From NCBI GenBank assembly GCA_044376115.1, contig JBILLK010000026.1, forward strand, positions 64,001 through 128,000: DNA of 64,000 nt, in the 5' to 3' direction. Below the pieces are notes generated by a model. The model searched no databases and had not been told where the DNA came from. It worked only from the letters and a program-made list of their open reading frames with translations. The translations under genes were made by a program, and so were the position numbers. This document shows positions 9,268 to 18,292 of the stretch, one piece after another. The first letter of the stretch is position 1; every line of letters starts with the position of its first letter. Source of the DNA: Polyangiaceae bacterium. Lineage in GTDB: Bacteria > Myxococcota_A > Polyangia > Polyangiales > Polyangiaceae.

Positions 9268-10815
9268 TCACAGGCACTCGGGGCGAGGCAGGAGAAAGCC
9301 CTTTTCGTTGGTCATGAACCCCGCGTCGGTCGTGCAGTAGGCCGGCTTCGAACGCACCGAAGCGGTGACCGCTGGGACCGCGCTTCGTTGGGGGCGCGGG
9401 CTCGGCGACGTACTCCGAGGCGTCGCGCTCGGCGACGTCGTCGGCGACGTTGTCGGCGACGTTGTCGGCTCGGGCTCGCGGGCGGGGCTGGAGGTCGCCC
9501 CCTCGAGCGGCGGCGAAAGCGAGGGCGTGACCACTGCGCTCGAGCGTTCCGCCAGCGGTGGAGCGGAGGCAGCATGCGACGTCGAGTCTTGCCGCGCGCG
9601 ATCGGGCGAAAGGGCGAACCACGCAAGGCTCGCAAAGGCCCCCGCGCCGGCGATCGCCAGCACGGCGCGCGAGCTTCTTCGTGTTGGCCGCGGAGCCCCG
9701 GCAGCCCCCGCCAGCGTTTCTGCGGCGGGTGCCGCCGCCCTCCCCACCTCCGAGGCAATGGTCTCTGTCGAGCGCCCCGAGGGCTCACTGCGAATCGTGC
9801 CGCTCGCTCCGCTGCCGGAGCCAACGGCAACGGTGGAGAGCGCACCGACATCCTCAGGCGGCGGAAAGCTAGCGCTCTCGGTGTCGGCGAGGTCCAACGC
9901 GCTCCGCCCTGGGGAGCCTGGTGCCAACTCTGTGCTCGGCGGCTCAGCGTCGACCAGCACGCCTGAGAGCGCCTGCTTGCAAGCGGTCGCGAGCTCCAAC
10001 GCCGAGCCAAAGCGCTTTTCACTGCTTCGATTCAATGCCCGCGCAAAGAACGCGTCGATCTCCGCGGGCAGTCCGCTCACCTTCTGACTTGGTGCTGTAG
10101 CGTGACTGTTGTGGATGGTGAGGATCAGCTCGCCCAGCGTGTTTCCGGCGAACGGCAACGTGCCCGTGATGCACTCGTAGGCAACTGCACTCAGCGCCCA
10201 TAGATCCGCTTGCTGGTCGGTCTCTTTCTCCCCACGCAATTGCTCCGGGCTCATGTAAGCAGGCGTCCCGATGATCGCGCCAGTGGCGGTGATCGACGTC
10301 TCGGTGGAGGTCACGAGCGTCTTCGCCACGCCGAAATCGAGCACCTTTACGAATATCTCGGCGTCGGCCTCAACGCCGCCGACCAGGAACAGGTTCGCCG
10401 GTTTGATGTCGCGGTGAATGATCCGCAGGGCGTGCGCCTCGGTGAGCACCTTCGCAATCTGGTCGACGACGGTCACCGTTTGCGCGGGCGTGAGTCGACG
10501 TTTTCGCGCGAGCCGCTCCGCGAGCGTCTCGCCCTTGAGCAGCTCCATCACGATGAAAGGGGTTGTCTCCTCGAGCAGTCCGAAGTCGAAGACCCTCACC
10601 ACATGCGGGCTCGAGAGCTTGGCTGCAGTGCTCGCCTCGCGACGGAAGCGCGTCACAGCGTCGGCCTGACCGCCGCCCGGCTGTGGGAGGATGAACTTGA
10701 CGACGACCTCGGTCTCGAGCGCGAGCTGGTCTGCACGCCAGACGCTGCCCATCGCCCCCTGGCCCATCAGCTCGCGTAGCTGGACGTTGGGGGTCACCTT
10801 CAAGCCGGCCTTCAT
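9268..10815 (-). CDS. membrane Ser/Thr protein kinase
   Basis: GQGAMGSV, VVKF, HRDIKPAN, DFG, GTPAYMSPEQ, DLWAL; TM helix; Pro/Ser/Thr linker; terminal C..PECL. Confidence 0.96.
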   Translation of the reverse strand: MKAGLKVTPNVQLRELMGQGAMGSVWRADQLALETEVVVKFILPQPGGGQADAVTRFRREASTAAKLSSPHVVRVFDFGLLEETTPFIVMELLKGETLAERLARKRRLTPAQTVTVVDQIAKVLTEAHALRIIHRDIKPANLFLVGGVEADAEIFVKVLDFGVAKTLVTSTETSITATGAIIGTPAYMSPEQLRGEKETDQQADLWALSAVAYECITGTLPFAGNTLGELILTIHNSHATAPSQKVSGLPAEIDAFFARALNRSSEKRFGSALELATACKQALSGVLVDAEPPSTELAPGSPGRSALDLADTESASFPPPEDVGALSTVAVGSGSGASGTIRSEPSGRSTETIASEVGRAAAPAAETLAGAAGAPRPTRRSSRAVLAIAGAGAFASLAWFALSPDRARQDSTSHAASAPPLAERSSAVVTPSLSPPLEGATSSPAREPEPTTSPTTSPTTSPSATPRSTSPSPRPQRSAVPAVTASVRSKPAYCTTDAGFMTNEKGFLLPRPECL

Positions 10816-10869
10816 TCGAAGGCCATGGTAGCCCGGTGTCTTGGGCGTGCGCGATAGAGGAGCGCGACT

Positions 10870-11325
10870 TCACCCAAGCGAGGGCTTGGCCAGCTTCTCA
10901 CCCGCGACGTCGGACGAAGCCTCCAACACCAAGAGCCGAACCCGGCCCGTCGCGGCGACCTTCTGCGCGTCGTCGTGGATTACGACGTCCCACAGCTGCG
11001 TGCGGCGTCCGCGCGTGACCGGCGTCGCGCGAGCGTGCAGCGTGCCGCTACGCACCGCGCGCACGAAGGAGGTCTGGTTCTCGAGACCCACGATGCTGCA
11101 GCCGTTCGTCATGGCGTCCAACGCAGCACCGACCGACGCGAGGGACTCGACGATCGACGCGTACACGCCGCCATGCACGATGCCTTGCGGCTGACAGTGA
11201 GCGGGGGTCACGAGCACGGTGCCCGTGACGCCATCACGCGTCGCCGAGGTGACCTCCAGGCCGAGGCCTCCGGCCCAGGTTCCACGATGCACCGCGTTGA
11301 TCTCGTTCGAGCGATCTTCACTCAT
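10870..11325 (-). CDS. PaaI-family hotdog thioesterase
   Basis: QPQGIVHGGVYASIVESLASVGA, GLENQTSF, GRRTQLW. Confidence 0.92.
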   Translation of the reverse strand: MSEDRSNEINAVHRGTWAGGLGLEVTSATRDGVTGTVLVTPAHCQPQGIVHGGVYASIVESLASVGAALDAMTNGCSIVGLENQTSFVRAVRSGTLHARATPVTRGRRTQLWDVVIHDDAQKVAATGRVRLLVLEASSDVAGEKLAKPSLG

Positions 11326-11382
11326 GCCGCGTCCGTACCGTGAGCTGGGCTTCGAGGCACGTACAATGAGCTGAGCCTCGGC

Positions 11383-12459
11383 TCACCTCACCTTAGCCAT
11401 CGCCTCCACGAGCTCCTCTTCGGACAGGAAGACTTCAACAACGTCCTCACGGTCCTCGAGCAACGCGAGGATGCGCGCTGGCCGACGCCATGCAGCAGCG
11501 ACTGCGAGCGCGACGGTCTGCACAGGAAATCCCCGGGTCGTCTCCAGCGCACCGCTCGCGATTAGGTCCGCGAGCAACCGCGCCGCGCGCTCCGCCAACA
11601 GCGTTTCTTCATCCTGCGGCGGCGACGCCTTCGGACGCGGGGCCTGGTTGGGTGACTTGGCGCTCCGTGCGATGCGGTCCTCAAGATAGGCCAGGAAGCC
11701 CGACGGGACCGGCTGATCAAGTCCCACACTTTGCACAGCACCAGCGCGACCGAACGCCGCATACGTTCCCGGCGCTTCCTCGGCGAAGGCCAAAAGCTTG
11801 CGCGACGCCGGATGCGCGGCGCGCATCGCCTCGGTCAGCGTGCTGAGCTCGAGCGCATCGACAATGCGCACCGGCGTCTCGATCGAGCCGACCGTGGTCG
11901 TGAACCACACGTAGTCGAGCGGGAGCTTCAATCCCAACGCCGCCTCAACCTCGGCGATCTGATCGCGCTCCGGCGTGAAGGCGTACAAGTCCCGCTGTGG
12001 CAGGGCGTCGAGCAGAGCCTCGCGACGCTGCTTTAGCAACGAAGCTTCCTCGCTCATGAGCTGCTCCTCGAGCCAATCCTCGAAGCGCGTCGGCTCGCCT
12101 GGCTCGTCCTCGAGCTCGGGCTCTTCGTGATCCCAGAACTCGATCGGCAGCTCCTTCCCTCGTTTGCGCCGGAGGTCGAAGCCCCAGTAGTTGCCGCTCA
12201 GATCTCCGGCGAAGGGGATGAACCATGAGGGCCAATCGCCGCCAGCGGCGTGGGTCGCCGGCATGCCGATATCCACCGGCAGAAGGACGCGGCCGACCTC
12301 CTCCAGGAAGCGCTTGTAGCCCGGTGGTAGCGGTCGGCCCAGCAGCTCCTCCGCCGCAACGATCTCCGCGGCCGAAGCAGGCGCAGGCTCGGCGTCCGGG
12401 ATCGCAGCGCGTTGCAGCTCGAGCAGACGGAGATGAAGAGGGTGGAGCGAGCGCGTCAC
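11383..12459 (-). CDS. SMI1/KNR4 (SUKH) family protein, two tandem domains plus C-terminal domain
   Basis: PASAAEIVAAEELLGRPLPPGYKRFL..PFAGDLSGNYWGFD..WDHE; second IAEVEAALGLKLPLDYVWF. Confidence 0.85.
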   Translation of the reverse strand: MTRSLHPLHLRLLELQRAAIPDAEPAPASAAEIVAAEELLGRPLPPGYKRFLEEVGRVLLPVDIGMPATHAAGGDWPSWFIPFAGDLSGNYWGFDLRRKRGKELPIEFWDHEEPELEDEPGEPTRFEDWLEEQLMSEEASLLKQRREALLDALPQRDLYAFTPERDQIAEVEAALGLKLPLDYVWFTTTVGSIETPVRIVDALELSTLTEAMRAAHPASRKLLAFAEEAPGTYAAFGRAGAVQSVGLDQPVPSGFLAYLEDRIARSAKSPNQAPRPKASPPQDEETLLAERAARLLADLIASGALETTRGFPVQTVALAVAAAWRRPARILALLEDREDVVEVFLSEEELVEAMAKVR

Positions 12460-12583
12460 CGAGAACGAACGCTAGTCCGACCGAAGGGCGGCCATCGAAA
12501 AAAGAGGGATGACGGAGCCGAAACTTGGGACAGCCGCTTGCAGACCTGCCCGTGAGGATGCGGGGGACCGAGCTCGGCCTGGT

Positions 12584-14506
12584 ATGTTCATCACCGCGAT
12601 GACCTCCGATCAGGCACAACAGCGCGTGGAGGCCGCCCTGAAGGGCGCCACAGGCATCGAAGCTGCAGTGAGCAGACGGCTGACGGCGTCGCTTCAGCGC
12701 CTCGATCGCACCGCCATGGAGGCGCAACAGCGAGCGATCGCCGACGCGCTGCACGTCTTCATCGCGAAGCTCGAGGCACACGACACCGCAGCCGCAGGGC
12801 CGATCGCCGCGTGTCTGTTCGAACTGCGCAGCGAGCTGGAAAGGCTCCAATACGAGCCGTACCCGGCGTTTGTCGAGCTCGCCGCTGGGCTTTTCGCGCG
12901 GTTCGGGTCCGACCCCGAAGTCCGCTACTGGTGGTTGCGCAGCGAGTCGGAGTTCCGGCCAACCGAGGCCAAGGCGAGCGCGCTGCTCCAGCAACTCGGC
13001 GACCTCCGGCAGCTGGACGAGCGCTCGGCGTGGGTGGCCGTGCGGCTCTTGCCCTCGCTGTCGCTCGAGACGCGGCGCGAGGTGTGGGTGGCGCTCGTCG
13101 ACGGCCTCGACGAAGCCCGAATGGCCTCCTATCTCCCAGTCACCCTGTTGGCCTACGTTCGCAGCGATTTTCGAGGCGAAAACCACGACGATTCCGGCCG
13201 GCTAGCCAATGCCGCTGATTCGAAGGTGCTCCGTGCGCTGGTTCGGCTCGCGACCCTGGGCGCCGGAGTGGAGGCTCTGCGCGAGGAGCTCAGCACGATG
13301 ATGCGGATGTTCGTCCAGAACCTTCGCGGGGCCGTTGGAACGGAGGTCCTATCCACCGGCGACGAGGTGCTTGCCATTGTCACCGCGGCCGCTCCAACGA
13401 GCCACGAGGTCGGCCGACTGAAGGAAGCGTTGGCATGCGCACGCGCGAAGGGAACGGCCAGCGAGCGTCGTCGCCGGCTCACGGACGAGATCCCCGAGGG
13501 GGCGGGCGCGGAGCTAGGGAAGGTCCGCGGCTGTGTGCTCGGCGTCGTTCCGGTGCGCGAGGGATGGGTCGTCTCACGCACCACTCCCCAGAACACCATG
13601 GCGGTCTCGCTCGTGGCCCGGCTAGGCGCCAGCGCAGCGCGCGCGGGCTTCAAGATCGCACGCTCACCCGACTCACCGATGATCCCCGAGATGCCGTATC
13701 TGGTCGTTGATCCCTCGGGCCAGTTCGTGGTGTCGAACGCGGGCTGCAACGGTCATGTCTGGGAGCTGCCTTCCGGTAAGCTCGTGAGGCGAGCGGTCGA
13801 GCTCGGTGATTTCTACGAGCCGCTCGGATGGACGGCCGACGGTTCGTCGCTCGTGCTCGCCGAGGCCGACGCCAACCACCTGTGCCGGGTCCGCAGCCTG
13901 AACCCGCACACCGGCGAGCTGCGCAAGCTGTTCGAGGCGTACCGCACGACCATGGGCGCCGCGGTCACCGCGAATCATGTCCTGATCGGGGCCCGGGCGG
14001 GAACCATCGTCCATGATCTACGCACCGGTACGGAGATCACCTGGCCTGTCAAGAGCGAGCAGATCTGGCCGCTCGGTGACGACACGGTGCTGATCGCGGT
14101 CGAGCGCGAAGGCGAAGCGCTAGCGCTGCAGCGTTGGGAGCTCGCGACGGGTCGCTTACAAGCCGAGCTGTCGGCCGAGCTCAGCGTTGGTGCTTGGTGG
14201 GCAGGGCTTTCGGCGCCGGGCTCTGAGATCATCGTGTTCGCCTCGACAACCTATTACGTCGCTGTCGATCGGAGCACCGACGCGGCTGTCGCCGAGGGCC
14301 AACTCCAGGCCACAGAGCCGCCAATCCGAGTTGGGGACACCTTGTACTTCAACGACGGTGCTGGTCACACGGTCGCCGTCGACTGGCGCACCGGTCGAAG
14401 GGCGATGCGATGGCCGCACGCCGGCGTGCTAGCGAGCGTCCCGGTGACCGGCGAGATCGTGGTCGGTGATCGGCGGGGCGTGTTGTGGAGCCTAACGTCT
14501 CAATAG
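12584..14506 (+). CDS. hypothetical protein, helical N-half and WD40-like beta-propeller C-half
   Basis: Long ORF; DPSGQFVV, VWELPSGK, WTADGSSLV, WELATGR blades; start uncertain (12509-12599). Confidence 0.7.
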   Translation: MFITAMTSDQAQQRVEAALKGATGIEAAVSRRLTASLQRLDRTAMEAQQRAIADALHVFIAKLEAHDTAAAGPIAACLFELRSELERLQYEPYPAFVELAAGLFARFGSDPEVRYWWLRSESEFRPTEAKASALLQQLGDLRQLDERSAWVAVRLLPSLSLETRREVWVALVDGLDEARMASYLPVTLLAYVRSDFRGENHDDSGRLANAADSKVLRALVRLATLGAGVEALREELSTMMRMFVQNLRGAVGTEVLSTGDEVLAIVTAAAPTSHEVGRLKEALACARAKGTASERRRRLTDEIPEGAGAELGKVRGCVLGVVPVREGWVVSRTTPQNTMAVSLVARLGASAARAGFKIARSPDSPMIPEMPYLVVDPSGQFVVSNAGCNGHVWELPSGKLVRRAVELGDFYEPLGWTADGSSLVLAEADANHLCRVRSLNPHTGELRKLFEAYRTTMGAAVTANHVLIGARAGTIVHDLRTGTEITWPVKSEQIWPLGDDTVLIAVEREGEALALQRWELATGRLQAELSAELSVGAWWAGLSAPGSEIIVFASTTYYVAVDRSTDAAVAEGQLQATEPPIRVGDTLYFNDGAGHTVAVDWRTGRRAMRWPHAGVLASVPVTGEIVVGDRRGVLWSLTSQ

Positions 14507-16336
14507 CGCCCGCAAGCGACCTCCCCGCCCGCGCGCACCCCACACACGATCGCCGCCTTGCGCTCGTCGTTGTACTTCTCCACCGCCACACTGACGAAGG
14601 GCCCTCGTGGCAGGCTGCGCGCGGCGTCTTCACGACCCCAACATACGAGTTCGCCCGACTCGCGCACCGCGCACGATTCCACCGAAGGTGGATGCAGCAA
14701 ACAGAATGACTCGTGCCCTCTGCGAAAAAATGGCCGAAGGCCCCTTGGCCTTAGAGCCCGGCACGAGTCATGTGACCTCTCCGGCGTCGATGGCAATGAA
14801 CGGTCCCTGTTGCGGCTTGGTCTCGCCGAAGCGGTCGCGGCCCCAACAAACAGCGTCGCGCGCGCCCTTGGTGATGGCGCAGATATGATTGTAACCAACC
14901 GAGAGCCGGCTGAAACGTTGATCCTTCGGCGCCGGCTTTAATTCATATTCTTCATCGGAATACTCCTTGAACCCCCAGCATTCAGCAGCGCCGCTTGGTC
15001 GCAACCCGCAGGCCCAGGTGATACCGATCTCGACCGAGGCGAAGCGACCTGGCGGAGGCGTAAGCAGCTCCGGTTTTTTGCGAAAGTCGACGTCAGTGAA
15101 GCAGCCGACGGAGCCATCGGCTTCGCGCCGATAACATGCTATCGACAAGCCAACGTCGATCGACGCCAGCTTCTCTTGCGGAACCGAGGCGAGGGCGTCG
15201 CCCCAACAGGTCGCACGGCCGTCGAGGCCTAGCGCGCAACCGCTGTCCTTGTCCGCCGATACGCTCTTGAAGGGGCCTTCGAGCACGCCATCGGGCAGGC
15301 CGCAGCGGTTGCCGAAGCAGCGAACCTCACCGTTCGTTCCTAGCGTGCAGCCGCACTCTTCGACCACAGTGATTTCGCGCACGCCGCTCGCTTGCGGCCC
15401 GACGAAGAAGCCTTCACCAACACAAGCGAGCGCCCCATCCATCCCGATCCAACACGTGCGCCGGCCTTTCACATCGAACGCTCGCACCGCGACGTTCGGG
15501 ACCAGCGTCTCGCCGACGTCATCGATACCAACACAGCGCAGCTTGCCGTTGTCGGTGCCACAAAAGTGGTTGAAGCCACCGCGCAGCTCGTCGAACCGCT
15601 GCGCGGGGATCGCGGCGTTGGTGCCGCGGCACGCGACGTTGCCCTGACGATCGAGACCGCAGTCGCCCCAGCCGGCAACCGCGACCTTCTCGATCGGACC
15701 GCTGAGCTTGGTCTTGTGAAAGGACCAACAAAAGGGCTCGTGGCTTTGCAACACGGCACAAGCGCCGCTGCTACTCTGCGTATCGACGTCAAGCGCCTGC
15801 TTGGGAGCCTCTTTCGCCAACTCTCCAGCGCAAACGAGCTCAGCGCCGCGCAGCAGCGCACAACCATCATCGGAACGGAGCACCACCTTCTGGGTCGCTC
15901 GACCTTTGACCAGCGTCTCCAGCTCGCTCACCGCTCCCCAGCAACGGAGCTTCCGCGCCGCATCGATCGCGCAGCCCGCCGCGCCATCCCCAGCGACCTC
16001 GACGAAAGGTCCGCGCGGTAACGCCGCCACCACAGCGTCATTATCGAAGCTGACGCATTCGAGCGAGCCGTCCGCCTCGCGCACAGCGCAGAGACCGCGC
16101 GTGCCCAGCGATAGATGTTTGAACGAGCCTGTAGGAAGCTTCAGCTGCGACAAGGAAAGGACGCGCACCTCACCAACGCTTGCTGCGCTACTCGCGGAGG
16201 GCGCCGCCTGCGCCGCGCTGCTCACGGCGAGCGCCGCGGCTGATTCCACGACCAGTGATTCGCTCGCCGCAGGAGCTCGTACTTCGCTGGACGTGCAGCC
16301 GAAGAGCAACAGCGCGGGCACGATGAGGCCTCTCAT
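14500..16336 (-). pseudogene. RCC1-repeat lipoprotein gene interrupted near its 3' end by a small insert
   Basis: LFGC lipobox and many C.L..DG...CWG repeats; main frame stops at 14768 inside a repeat; repeats resume in another frame (SCAVRESGELVCWG) to stop 14500; removing 64 bp rejoins the frames. Confidence 0.8.
14708..14769. mobile_element. 62-bp MITE-like insert with 10-bp terminal inverted repeats
   Basis: GACTCGTGCC...GGCACGAGTC flanked by AT direct repeat (14706-07, 14770-71); located at the frameshift; single copy in window. Confidence 0.6.
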
Positions 16337-16417
16337 GCGCTGGAGCTTACACAGCCTGGCGCAGCGCAATAGCGGACATAGCGCGGCTCACCGCCGTAGC
16401 ATGCGGCCTTGTCCCCC

Positions 16418-18184
16418 GTGACCAACGCCCAACCAAACGAACCACCGAAGCAGAGCTGGGCACGCGCAACGCTTGCTCACCCGAGCCTTCAACGCTGGCT
16501 GATCCTGCTCGCCCTGCTGCTCGCCTTGCCCTCGTTGTTCTTCGGCTTCGCGATCGACGATCGCTTGCAACGCCAACTCGCTCTGGGCCAAAGCAAGCTG
16601 TACGAGCTCGGGCCGTTCGAGCTTTTTACCTTCGTCCCCGGCCCGGCGGACCACACGCGGAAGCTGATGGAGCACGGGTTTGGCGCCTGGTGGAGCAACG
16701 CCGACGCGCGCGTCGTGCTGCTGCGGCCGATCTCGTCGGGCTTGATGTGGCTCGACTATCAACTGCTCGGCCATCCAATCCTCATCCACGCGCATTCGCT
16801 GCTTTGGCTGGCCGCAACGGTTGCGCTCGCCTGCGCGCTCTATCGCCGGCTGATCGCCGTGCCGTGGATCGCAGGCTTCGCTTCGCTGATGTTCGCCATC
16901 GATCCGACGCACGGGCTGCTAGCCGGTTGGATTGCCCAGCGCAACGCGCTGATCGCCGGGACCTTCGGGCTGGCCGCGCTGCTCTTGCACGATCGCGCGC
17001 GCCGCGAGGGCCGCATGGGGCTGCAGATCGCCGCCTCGCTCTGTCTCGGGTTGGGCCTGTTCTCGGCCGAAGCGGCGCTCGGCATCGCGCCGTATTTGCT
17101 GGCCCACGCCTGGTATCTCGATCAGCGCAGGCTGCGCAGCCTGCTGCCGTTCGTGCCGCCGCTGCTGGTGTGGGCCACCGTCTACAAGCTCGGCGACTAC
17201 GGCGCCCAGGGCTCTGGCCTCTACACCGACCCGATCCATCACCCGGCGCTGTTCCTCGAGCAGGTTGTCACGCACGGCCCGATGCTGATCGCAGCCGCGC
17301 TCGGCCTGCCCGGCCCGGACTTTTACTTATTAATGCAACGGCCAGAGAAGATCGCCGTGGTCGCGCTCTCCTACCTGCTCGTCGGAGGCTTCCTCCTCGT
17401 CCTCAGGCCGATCTTGCGGCGCGACAAGACCACCTGCTTCTTCATCACCGGCGCGCTTTTATCGGTCATTCCAGCCTGTGCCACCTTCCCCAATACACGC
17501 TTGGTCTTCTTCGCCAGCTTCGGTTTGGTCGGCGCTCTTGCGCAGCTGTTCGCGGCGTGGCGCGAGCGCGACGTCAGCGTGCGCCGGGCGTGGGCCCGTC
17601 CGATCGTCTACCTCGTAGCGGCCTTCCACCTTTACCTCGCCCCGCTGATCTTCATCGCCAGCACCACCCAAATGATGATGCTCGACCGGGTGCTCAACCG
17701 CACCGCCGCCGGCGTCCCGAATGAGCCCGAACTCGAGAGCCAGCGGCTGATCGTGGTCAACGCGCCCGACGCCACCTTCCTTGGCTACTTGGCCACGATT
17801 CGTAAAGACCGCGGCGAGCATGCGCCCGAGAAAGTGCTGGCGATGTCCTCCGGCATTCGCCCGTTAACGTTGACGCGCACCAGCGCGACCTCGCTCACAC
17901 TCCAAAGCTCGGTCGCGCTGGTACAACCCGGTACCGATCTGCTGCTGCGCACAGCCACGCCCTTCGAGGTCGGCTATCGCGTGGTCTTCACCGACGTCGC
18001 CATCGAGGTAACCCGCGTCAACGCAGAAGGCTGGCCCACCGAGGCGCGCTTCGACTTCGCCCGCCCGCTGGAAGACGCCTCCTTTCGCTTCATGCAGTGG
18101 CAGCAGCAAACGCTGACGCCCTTCACGCTACCGCCCATTGGCGAGCCCATCGACTTCCCGGCACAGAAGATCAAGCTGTTCTGA
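16418..18184 (+). CDS. polytopic membrane protein, GT-C/TMTC-like glycosyltransferase candidate
   Basis: IDD after first TM, RPISS, FAIDPTH....WIAQRN.L, FSAE; many TM helices, soluble C-terminal domain. Confidence 0.65.
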   Translation: MTNAQPNEPPKQSWARATLAHPSLQRWLILLALLLALPSLFFGFAIDDRLQRQLALGQSKLYELGPFELFTFVPGPADHTRKLMEHGFGAWWSNADARVVLLRPISSGLMWLDYQLLGHPILIHAHSLLWLAATVALACALYRRLIAVPWIAGFASLMFAIDPTHGLLAGWIAQRNALIAGTFGLAALLLHDRARREGRMGLQIAASLCLGLGLFSAEAALGIAPYLLAHAWYLDQRRLRSLLPFVPPLLVWATVYKLGDYGAQGSGLYTDPIHHPALFLEQVVTHGPMLIAAALGLPGPDFYLLMQRPEKIAVVALSYLLVGGFLLVLRPILRRDKTTCFFITGALLSVIPACATFPNTRLVFFASFGLVGALAQLFAAWRERDVSVRRAWARPIVYLVAAFHLYLAPLIFIASTTQMMMLDRVLNRTAAGVPNEPELESQRLIVVNAPDATFLGYLATIRKDRGEHAPEKVLAMSSGIRPLTLTRTSATSLTLQSSVALVQPGTDLLLRTATPFEVGYRVVFTDVAIEVTRVNAEGWPTEARFDFARPLEDASFRFMQWQQQTLTPFTLPPIGEPIDFPAQKIKLF

Positions 18185-18292
18185 GTCGGCACAACGCCTT
18201 ACGGCGAAAAAGCGCTCCACCGAGTGATCGAACGCAACCGCGCTCGGTACAGCACCCTCGCCGACGCAACCGTCGGTGGATGAAGGAGCTTT

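Noticed and set aside
14768..14770. TGA followed by a hairpin as a selenocysteine/SECIS or readthrough site
   Set aside because: In-frame readthrough gives non-RCC1 sequence; the repeats continue in a different frame
14684..14773. T4 gene 60-style translational bypass
   Set aside because: No ACA landing codon matching the codon before the stop in the downstream frame
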